DNA of 64,000 nucleotides from Mustelus asterias. Its lineage: Eukaryota. Every line of letters begins with the position of its first letter. Position 1 is the first letter of the stretch. The DNA is taken from positions 107,012,001 through 107,076,000 of the forward strand of contig NC_135802.1 in assembly GCF_964213995.1 (NCBI RefSeq), given 5' to 3'. Of this stretch, positions 1 to 10,996 are shown one piece after another. Below the pieces are notes generated by a model that saw only the letters and a list, made by a program, of their open reading frames with translations, did no database searches and was not told the DNA's origin. The position numbers and the translations under genes are program-made.

Positions 1-719
1 TTGTTCAAAAGTCTAATGTAGGTCTTTGAAGAAATTCTAGGTGTATTACCCATTGTAGCGACCAATAAACCTCAAACCTCCCATGTCTGTGTTAAATTAG
101 CTGGAGCAGATCCATTTGTCCAGCCATATTTCATACACTCAGCTCCAACACAGGCGGGTTTACCCTTGTCATGTAAACTTCGCCATTCTGTTCAAAGGTA
201 AACGTGCGTCTGGACTTCCAAGCAAGCCAACACGTCTGATCTCGGATCACACTTTGCATCTGGCAATGTCAATGTGGTTGCCGCCTCAGTGTCCTTGGCT
301 CGAACAGATTAAAGATTAACCCTGGCGACGGTTTTACCTTCCTATTTAAACATATACATTTTAATACAATGATACATTTGCATGGCTGCAGGATATTTAA
401 CCGGTGACAGCAATGGTTGCTTCTGGTAGCATGGTAAAAAATTAAGTCCTGTACATAGCTGTTCTTTACCCAGACACATCCAAATGTAGTACCACATATC
501 GTGACTGCGACCTCTGAAGACAGAACTCTAAATTCAGGAAGGATTCTTGAACATCTTCAAGTAACTCTGCAGACATCTAGTGGAAAGACTGCGCCACTAC
601 AATGGCAAATACAGAAATGACATTGCTTGGTAATGTGAAATATATGTACATTACTTTTGCTCCTTCTGAATAGTATCAGAGATTATCCTTTCCCATGCGC
701 GTTTGCTGTTTAGCAGCGA

Positions 720-741
720 CCCCCCCCCCCCCCCCCCCCCC
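720..741. repeat. poly-C tract (C22)
   Basis: Directly visible homopolymer. Confidence 0.9.
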
Positions 742-3119
742 GACCCCGGTTATGATCGAGTTTTCTTCAGTCTCGTTCTTGTGGAGTCGCTGCTACTCGC
801 AGCATCTGAATGGTTCAGGAAAGCTCCTTAGCCGAGTCCAGCCGAGCCTGGGCTGAACATGCAGGGGTCGCCGTGCTTATCAGGAAGCTATAGGTTCTCA
901 CGACCCTCTAATCTCACTGGTCAAACTAAGACTGATACTAATGAACCAGACCTGAGGATAACCCGTTACCATTACTCATTTTTCACTCGGAACGAAGAAG
1001 TAATTAATAACCCCCTTCCTTAGGTCTGGTTGGGTGGAGGGGTGGGGGCGGGGGAGGGAGGGGGGGGGGCGGTGTTGGTTGCTGGCAGACCGAGTGACTG
1101 GGATTAATTTTTGATCAATTTCTCACGTTTGTAATCAGGCTAAGATTGAGCTAGAAAGATTCGACAAAGAGATAATGAACTATAAGTGCAAAACAAAATG
1201 ACTGGTGATATTTTGCTGAAATATATAGAGGCTAGATTATTGTTACTAAATGATTTGAAAATCATTCCACATCCGTAAAACGACCAAGAAAAGTCATGCA
1301 ATAAATATGCCCTTTCTCGTAGCCTCATTGCCGCTGTGCATAGTATCAAATATAACATACGTTGATTTTTTTTTAGTCCTGTACTGACTGATGCAAGTTA
1401 TCATGTATACTCTGAGTTAATTTTAGGTATGGAGGACTTCATGTCAAATATCTGCTGAACATTACACTCTCAGTCTACCTCCATGAAGTAACGGAGAACC
1501 CAGTTCACGATGAAGATCGTGTGTGGTATAATGTTGACAGAGTGTTGCATTTAGGCATCATAAATTGACAAAAAGAAACGTTTCAATCTAAAAGCGACAG
1601 TAAAACTTTATGTTGATACTATCCCCCACTCAAGTACCCAAAACAATATTAACAGATTATCACTTTACGACTTAATGTATGACATTATTTTTAAACAATT
1701 CACTGGGTGGGTGATGAAATGTTTGTTACTCTGCGAGTAACATCTTACTCGCAGGCTGGAAAAAGAGAAAATAAAGCCATCATCCTTTTTTTTAATGCTA
1801 CCTTTATCACTGAAACTTATAAAAGTCATTGAAGACTTTCAGAGGCAGTTGTGAACGAAAATGTGCAGATGTTTGTTTCGATATGTTTAGACAGAAAACC
1901 AAAGCCAGTCACAGAAGAGATAGTGTGTTTAAATATTCCGTGTCATCGTGTAAATTGTTCCTAAGCACCCGGTGAATTGATTTGAAAGGAATAATATTCA
2001 TGTATATATATAAGATCGACCATTCATTGAACATATACAAAATATCCTCCCCCAATGATTAATGATTTTTAAAGCGGAACGTACAGTTTGATTAAAGTAT
2101 ATTCTACTATACAAAATAGAAAGATGTTGAGGAAATATATGCACCTGTATTTATTCTAATACATTTTAGCTAATCGTTTCCGCACGCATATATGGCAACA
2201 GCAAGACATCAAATATCCTGGATGAAAATTCCAAACAAAAAGCAGTAAAAAGCACAAGATACCTTGATTTGGAATTCTTACACATAGCTTATCATCATAC
2301 TGTGTAAAATAACACCTACAGAAAACAATCTTTGTAAAGTATGTGCCATTGTCTAATATTAAATATATTACATATCATTTGGCACATAGCAGGGATATGT
2401 AACATAGTTACAGAGTGTAACACAAAATGATGTCAATGCAAATCATGTGCCATTAAAGGAGAACAAATAAATGCTATGTGCCTTTTTAGGGACTGTGAAA
2501 TTAAGTTTAGCAATTACAAGCCTGCACAATGCGTTACAATAAACTAACTTTGTGTTTAGATTTGACATTTAACTTGGCAAATGTAAGAAAGGTTGTTTTT
2601 CGATATTGTGGCACCAGTTATATTACAGTGCAATAGTATGTCTTTTCTTGTTTTCTGGTTGGCGTTGGTTAGTATATCTTCAAGTTTAATAATACTTTAT
2701 GCCCACGAGCCATGTATTTGGCCGTATATATGACTTCGTATAATTTTGATTTCATGTTCTTGCGTGTGTTTATTGCTGCAGGCTTGAAGAGATACTTGTC
2801 TTACTTGAATTTAAAACCATATTTAGAGTTTTAAGTGGCAGTTGTTTACAGAATGTTCATGGTTTGAGATCGTAAATTCAAGTTACCGCAAAACTGGCAT
2901 CTGCGCATTTATATGTGTACTGAAAATTTTTTTTTGTATTCATTGTGCAGACTTAACGCCTTTGGGCTTCAATAATCTAGGTAATATTACTATAGAACTT
3001 TATATACATTTAGTTAAAGCAATGGACATTTTCCACATATTGTAAGGCCATATATAATAAATAATAAACATAATAATGAAAATGGTCGAATCAAATAATT
3101 CGATATTGTTAATTTACAG

Positions 3120-3439
3120 CCCCGAGTGCTCATTCACCCTGGTCTGCCCACCCACGAGCACAGTACACACAGGGGAAGAAAAGAAATCATCATAGCAAAC
3201 TCCAGATTGCACAACTCTTTCGAGAGCTTTTGAGAATACTTGCTTGTTGACTTGAATACGATAACAGGAAAACAAAAAAAACTTCTGCAAAACTGGGGCT
3301 AGCAGAACAATAGGTAAAGGCTAGGATATTCAAAATGAAAAGAAGTTCCTGACGAGCGCAGATATAAGCATTTTCTCTGGATGGACGAAAATGGTTTCAA
3401 GATCAGTATCAAAAACAATAAAGGCTCATTCGCCGCTAG
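3120..3439 (+). pseudogene. HoxA14: HoxA14 pseudogene (degenerate split homeobox: remnants of exon 2, intron and exon 3)
   Basis: A candidate acceptor aatttacag ends at 3119. Manual translation gives TQGKKRNHHSKLQIAQL (3167-3217), a frameshift, RAFENTCLLT*IR* (3223-3264), a frameshift, then TSAKLGLAEQ* (3281-3313) followed directly by the donor GTAAAG at 3314. After about 70 nt comes WFQDQYQKQ*RLIRR* (3392-3439). This fits the Hox14-type homeodomain (KKRxPYSKxQIxELExAFExNxFLT...KLGLTERQ | VKIWFQNQRQKEKK) with an intron inside the homeobox, 6 kb 5' of HoxA13. Confidence 0.85.
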
Positions 3440-6400
3440 CAAACTGGAATAAATAAGGTGGCAGCGCTACAACCGGACCCTTACAATTAAATTATCTTTA
3501 CATGTAAATATTTCTGACAAATGTTTACAAATCGTACTAAAACGAAGAAATGACGTGTATTGGGCTTTGAAGCCGGAACTATGTAAACATTGTTTTGAGG
3601 AAGACAACGTTATCTGTAATAACATCTATTGGTTCTAAACATTTGAAATGAGAGTCAAATTTTGAATTGAATCTAAAATTTGCAAGTTTCTAAGTTCATC
3701 ATTGAATGTTTCGCGTTTTCTTTTTAGTCGGAACGATAGTTTCAGTTGATCTCTGTTGGAATATGTTAGAAGAGTTTTGATGAAAAGTGATTGGTTTTTC
3801 TAATCTTTTCCAAATATGTCACTAGAAATCTCATAATCTTTTTTATATTGTCGGTGATAAGTATATTGCAACACTTTCATGAACAATTGTTGCAATGCAC
3901 TTGACTTCATGCATTTTTTTCTTTTGCAACAATAGCATAACAAATATACATACACATGTACTGTGCATAAGAGTGGTGATAGAAACGAAAGCGTAAGTAA
4001 CTCACGCCAAAATGAAGAATCTAGTCAGATCCGTACCAACAATTCAATGATGTCACTTACTATAATTCAAGTACAGTGCCTTGTTCTTTAATTGTATTTG
4101 ATAATAGGACATACACAATTTTACTTGGATGATGTGCTGACATTTGTAAATGTGAGAAACGAAGTTAGTTCGTCTTCTAGTATATTTCCTGTGGGTTTGT
4201 GTCATTGACCAATGAAGCCAATGCAATATATATGCAAAATAATTGTATTATCACTGTATTTTGAAACGGCTTGATAATTCACGTGATATGGGCACATATG
4301 AAACATTGATAGAGCCAGCTATGCATATCCAATTCTTATAGGCACGCATTGTTCCTCAAGGATATATGATACACTTACAGAGTCTGTCTTACGCTGTTGC
4401 TCAATGGTATGGGTCAGGAGGCAGCATTCACAATGGTGACTTATGTACTCTAGATGTGCCAGAATTAAGAGATAAAATAAAAACCATATCCTATCTGTAG
4501 TGTAAGTATGTTTACAGATGTGTATGTTGTGATACTGCAAGTTGAGTAGCTCATGGGAAGCGGGGTTGATTAATCATTTTGCTAGATCTCAGTCGGGCTT
4601 CAGGGTTGAATTTCGAAATATTTCAGGAAAATGACATGGGATGCTTGGCAGGGCATATTGATTTATTGATTTGTGGAATACTAGTGTTAATCTAATAACG
4701 GTACAACATTTCCAAATTTGACTGGTATAATGGTGAACATGCTGCAATTTGACTATTTTAGGAAAATGGTCATTGCAATAATAAAATGCTTTATTATGAT
4801 TAATTTGGTTACAACCTAGAAATAATTCCAACATAAGAAATGCATCTGCAATAGAACAACATAAGAACATATAGCTTCTTTGTTGGTTCTGTTTAAGCTA
4901 TTATTTTACATTTTAACCTGTAGCACCCAAGGTTTGAATGAAGGACAGCTGGTCTTGGAGTATGAGTGGTGTTACTTATGATATGGCCCGTATGATAGGA
5001 AATCAAAAATCAAAACTACATCCATTAAATTATTTATTAAAATTAGTCATTAAATTGTTACATAGTATTTACATTGGTAAATATTAATTGACAAATGAAG
5101 GGAACAACTAAGGAAAGTATGGAATGCATGATGAATCGGTTTAAACACATTTCCTGGAGTATGTGCAGGTTATTTCCTTTTCAAACGTATTAGGCCGGCA
5201 ATCATACAAAACTAATCAGCAAATTTGAAAATAAGTGCAATATAAAGCCAAGCAACATTTCCACTAAGGGTTCTGGAAGTATTTTGACGTTAAATAACAA
5301 ATGTACTTAAGATAGTTCAGTTCTTTGACTCTATAGTCCAAACTTATAACGCCCACAGCAAAATATTTGAATTGTATGGTGCCATTGGACTAACATGTAG
5401 GAAAAGTTCAAGTTTTAACAGCTATACGGTTAATGCGCCGTTTCTAAGTTATTTAATTACAATTTTATGTTGAACTTTTTTTTAAAGCATATTGCTCTAA
5501 TGAGTCACAATTGATAATATATTCAAGGATACTCCATTGGACTAACATGCAAATCTTCACTCATAACGAAAATTTTGGAGGATTAAAAGACATAAGCTTC
5601 CTGGACCACGTAAATCGGGTCCATTTGGTGAAACTGACAAATCAGGATCTCGGTGATTCCAAAAGCCAGTACATTTTAACCCTATAATGAGGCACATAAA
5701 TGAATCAAAATACAAATTCTCTTTTACTGAAGAATAACTCTGGACAGGTTTTAGGCAGCATCAAATTAGGCACCAATATGTACAATCGTGCATTTATCCC
5801 ACTCAACGTGTTTGCAGGTTTACCCCAGCCACCGTTTTGCTTCCAGACACACAAAAAGCGCACCTATGCGATATTTATCAGCAATTCTAGCCTGGCAGAA
5901 TAATCACAACTAGATTAGTCGAGTGCTTCAGCATGGATGTTCTGTAGTACATTTCAACGCATATGTATACATATATAGGACCTTACTGAACGAAATAGCA
6001 GACAATAATAATTTTAAGAATGATTTATTTGTATTATCGTCCTGCAGATCATGAGCACATCCGGAATATTAGCGTACAGTACCTCTCTGGACAAATACTC
6101 CTCATTGGTGATGTCCTGATCTGTACGTAGTTTGAAACCAATTCTTGGAGATAACACTTTGCATCACATCATGTCCCTCAGTACTTTAGCGTAATGTGAT
6201 CCTCGACAGAATACCCCTACCTTTTCCAGTGATATTGACGGGCCGCCAGTGCAAACAGTCAGTTCAAAACAAGAGGTTTTGTAAACAGTGCATTTAAACC
6301 GGATGCAATGCTATATAATTTGCAATGTATCTTAAAACGACTGCATCCATTTCACATCCTTTTGCCAGCCATGCAGAAAGAGCTGGAAATGAAGACGGTA

Positions 6401-9400
6401 TGGTCAGTGCAACCTTTTTTTTCATTTGGAGGGCTGTGAGTGGAAAACAAAAGAAAACAAACAAAACGGCAATGAAAAAGTCAATTCTCACGGCTTGCCT
6501 TTATAAGAATTCAGACAGGGTCGTCAACGCGTGAATGACAGCACTCACATTGGCTAGACTGCAACTTTCAACTTGACCTTGGCCTTTAGCCGTGTCTAAC
6601 CCGTATGTAAAAGAGCTGCCCATTTGGTTGCTGCCATTTTGTAGCATAATCCGCAATGTGGCCGTTTAAATATGAAACTGTTTGTATTTGTAAAGCACAC
6701 ATACCCATAGCACAAGACTTTTTTGGAAGTGGAAGGCGCTAGAGGTTCTACCTAGCACTTAAGTATGCAGTCGAATGTTTGTTTCAATTTACCATGTACT
6801 TTGTTGGGGGGAGGGGCAATGTTCTCTTAATTCAAGAATGGGGAATTACATGCGATACGGGTTGAGTGAGGTTCAAGTGTATTTGAAATTGAAACGTAAT
6901 CCAAAACAATACAGCCGATGATCGTTTTTTTCGTATTTAATCCGGTCATGGGGCGGGGGGAGGGCGGGGGGAGCACATATTTAAATGTAAAGCATCTTTG
7001 ATGTATATTGTGAGGCTAACATTGTGGACGCGGTCTTAACGATTAACATGGGAGAACTACGTGAAGAAAATGCTCGCCTTCAAAATACTGACTCACTAAA
7101 ACAAGTTCTAATAAAACCATATGTTTATAATACAGGGGGAAAATCAAGCTACACCGACTATATTAGATTTTCATAAGGAGTTCCACCAGCTAATAATCAC
7201 GCGAAGAAAGCGATGCAATGTCAGTCAGTGACAGACACACTGGGATATCAATTATGTTATCATATAATCAGCACTGAAGTATAAACTGCAAGAATACTCA
7301 TCGCTCATGGAGGTAAAGGAGTAGTCGCTAAAGGGACATTGAGAAAACAAAAGTAACAAGATTCCCGATTCGGCTTGTCAGAATTACCATCCAGCCTTTC
7401 ATGGTGTGAAATTACCTCGATATCATTACAGAATTAGAATCCAGATAACGGCGAACACTTTGGGTGGATTTCCGAAAGGAACGGTAATGTGGGGAATATC
7501 TAGATATGGTGGAGAGACGTTTTAATCTCGTTATTTCATGGCACCTTATTCGGCGGAGAATGCTTATATTCCACATAATTGGGATTCAATGTCTCTGCCT
7601 CAATAACGGTGATCAGTGGCCGCATGGAACCAGCAGCTCCTAAATCACCAAGGCTGGTATCACTTCTCATTTTAAAAACAAGTCTAAAGGAATGTTGTGC
7701 AGCTTTTTCTCAAGCGATTGTATGATTCCAGCATTAGAATCCTGCAAGAAATATAGAAAAGTTGCAATAATAGAAGGGGAGAGAAAAAAAGAGATAGGAA
7801 GGAGAGAGTTAAAGAGAGAAAATAAATTGCAAAGAATAAAAAAGGAGCATTTAATAGTAAAATGATTGCTCTAAACAGCTGCATCACTAGAGCATTGGGC
7901 CATGTTCCAGAAAGAAACAGGACAAGCAACTTTAGTGAAACACGCTTGACGAATTCGCCTGATACGAAATGCTTTGCATTCCACTTAGTACAGTACCTGA
8001 TATACAATTATGTGACTGAAATTGCATTTAAAATCACCCTTTGTGACGACCTATGCCAACCGAATAATAACGGCTACACTTCTGCTTTTTTTATGCATCT
8101 TCACCAGCTACCATTCCTCATCATGTAATATGTGACTGTAGGAAGGCCGTTTATCCCCACACTTTTCGCCAAATTGCAGCAAATTAATTTCAAATGCATT
8201 TATAATATGGTTGATATTTATCTATCAAATAACACTTTTAACAATGTGCCACATATTATAAGACAAATCATATTTATGGATTTTAGCACATTTAACAATG
8301 TGCTAGATGTTGTTAAATAATTCACATTTTATCCATTTTCCATAGATTTAATTGTGCCAGGTACTCATAAAACACATGTACTGATATTTCAATGTGAAGT
8401 CCAGTTATGTGAATTATGGTGCTGCTGAATGAACACACATTCTGTAGCAAGCAAGTTAACACGAATCGGCTGCATTAGCGGGGGTAGTAAGAGGGCTGAC
8501 ATTTATTTAAATACTTTTGTATCACGGCTGGCAAACGGCAAACAAGGAATTAATGGATATCCTTATCTGTCTTATAAATGTCCTTTGATCTGAACATTTA
8601 TATTCTTGTGGCTGGCAAGAAATGTTGCACTTATTATAACAAGTAAACATGAATTGGTCAATGCGAATAGAAATTCAAACTGTAACTTCATTGTTCCATA
8701 AGTTGAATTCGGAAACGTAGAGTGATGTATTTTACTAAACTTTATTCTGGTGTTTAGTTTAATGGCAAATTTTATACCCAGGGTGAAAGGATGTATTCTC
8801 TCAAATATCTTGCGGATTAAGAAATCAAGGCTCTGACTGTTCTTCGGCATTATTGCTATTTGCTCTAACGAGTTATGTCATGAAGCAATAGAAAGGTCAT
8901 ACAGATGTTTCCTTCTCACCATAAAATTCTGCTGCTACCTATTTCTTCAAATGTTATTTTCTTATTGGTTTAAAGCACCTTGAGGTTTTATTTATGAAGG
9001 GAAATGCAGGGAAGGAATCCGGGGAAAGTATCGTTTTAGCCCAGCCTAATATCAGGTGTTGCTGAAACGACAATTCTTTCAGAAGAAAGTGCGATTTCAT
9101 TGATCAGAGATGCAAATTGTCAAAAGGATGAATTGTGCAAACGCCTGTGCAAAAGTAACCTCAAACGGAGGCATTATGATCAACTCGAATCTACAGTCAC
9201 CCAAATTTCAAACATTTTATGTGACACGGCCACTAATTGTGTGAGTTGTACCGTTTGATACATGCAGAAGCCAACGGTTTTCGCTTTGTCTTGTTTTGTG
9301 TACATGCAAAATATTGCCTTTTGCAGTCTGGCCATGCGTTTTCATTTACCGCCACCACTCAGACAACCATGCACAGCTCGGATATTTTGTGCTCCCCGTA

Positions 9401-9519
9401 GCACTTTATTTTAGTAAATGTATTTTATTCCAATCACTCATTCACGTAAATACCCAAACGTTGCTTTATTAAACTAATGGAGTATCTACCTTTTTATTCT
9501 TCATGTATTTATCATCTAC

Positions 9520-9669
9520 TTTGCATATCACGTGGACATCTAGCAGCCAATGAGGAGGCAGGCTCCGGCGACACTGGCGCGTCAATGCTGCTAAGTCTGA
9601 GAGATTCAGTATCTCTTTTCAGTCTTAGGGGCTTTTAAAACGGCCACTAGTCTCAATGGTGGACGTGAT
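9520..9669 (+). promoter_or_regulatory. HoxA13 proximal promoter / 5' UTR (E-box plus CCAAT)
   Basis: CACGTG at 9529-9534 and CCAAT at 9547-9551, about 130 nt upstream of the ATG. The same motif pair lies upstream of HoxA9 and HoxA7. Confidence 0.6.
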
Positions 9670-10318
9670 ATGACAGCGTCCGTGATACTTCATCCCCGCT
9701 GGATCGACACGGTGATGTTCGTCTACGATAATAGCTTGGATGAAATTAATAAAAACATGGATGGATTTTCAGGAGGGAACTTCACAGCGAACCAATGCAG
9801 GAATCTGATGGCTCATCCAGCATCCCTAGCCCCCAGCTCAGCCTACTCGTCGAGTGAAGTGCCAGCCTCTGGCATTGCTGAACCTGTCAAACAGTGTAGT
9901 CCTTGTCCTGCTGCTCAAACTTCGTCCAGTGCTGCCCTTCCTTATGGATACTTTGGGAGCAGTTACTACCCCTGCCGAATGAGCCACCATAGCAGCATCA
10001 AGTCCTGTGCTCAGCCCTCCACCTTGTCTGCCTATCCAGCCGACAAATACATGGACACGTCCGCCGGCGAGGAATTCACCTCAAGGGCTAAGGAGTTCGC
10101 TTTCTATCAAGGTTACGCGGGGCCATACCAACCGATGCCCAGCTACTTGGACGTACCTGTGGTTCCCACCATCAGCGCTCCGGGGGAACCGAGACATGAG
10201 ACATTATTACCCATGGAGAGCTATCAGCCCTGGGCAATTACCAATGGGTGGAACGGTCAGGTCTGCTGCTCGAAAGAGCAACCCCAAGCTACCCACCTCT
10301 GGAAATCAAGCCTGCCAG
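9670..10318 (+). CDS. HoxA13: Homeobox protein Hox-A13, exon 1 (CDS join 9670..10318,10752..10996; 297 aa)
   Basis: N-terminus [21 protein letters not shown], plus PG13 motifs [24 protein letters not shown] and HLWKSSLP. Donor CCAG|GTAAGT at 10319, phase 1. Confidence 0.97.
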
Positions 10319-10751
10319 GTAAGTACAGATAAACACAAAAGTCTTTCAACCAGCACGAGAAAGTAGCACAATGAAAGGAACAAAGCAGTCTGGTGTGTAA
10401 ATACATACGGGTAACTGGGATAATATATAACAGAGATTATCATTAAGAAATGCTATGCGTAATTCCCCAGCAGCAGAACTGTTATGTTAACACAAACTTT
10501 AATGTACAGTGTACTACCTAAATGTTATTTTGCAGGATTTTTCATAATCACTTCTCAATTCTCGCACTTTTTTTTTCAAAATTATAATTTCTGCTATGTA
10601 AATTTATTTGCCAAAAGTGCAGTCGATATAATATTCCCATGGCGCAATCTTGAACTTGACTCCGGCGACAGTCACCGTGTTTGAAGCCGATGGCCAGTGC
10701 TCAATGCCATGGATAATAAGGTGTGTTTTTTTCCCCCCTCTCTCTTCACAG

Positions 10752-10996
10752 ACGTCGTTTCGCATCCTTCAGACGCGAGCTCTTTCCGGCGAGGAAGAAA
10801 GAAAAGGGTGCCTTACACCAAAGTGCAGTTGAAAGAACTTGAGCGGGAATATGCCACCAATAAATTCATCACCAAGGACAAACGAAGGAGGATATCGGCA
10901 TCCACAAACCTCTCTGAGAGACAAGTCACTATTTGGTTTCAAAACAGAAGAGTCAAAGAAAAGAAAGTTCTGACTAAGCTGAAAAGTAACAGCTAG
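10752..10996 (+). CDS. HoxA13: Hox-A13, exon 2 (homeodomain)
   Basis: Acceptor tctcttcacag| ends at 10751. Encodes [72 protein letters not shown]. Stop TAG at 10994-10996. Confidence 0.97.

Noticed and set aside
10513-10520. miR-196 8mer ACTACCTA in HoxA13
   Set aside because: It lies in the intron, so it is not in the mature mRNA.
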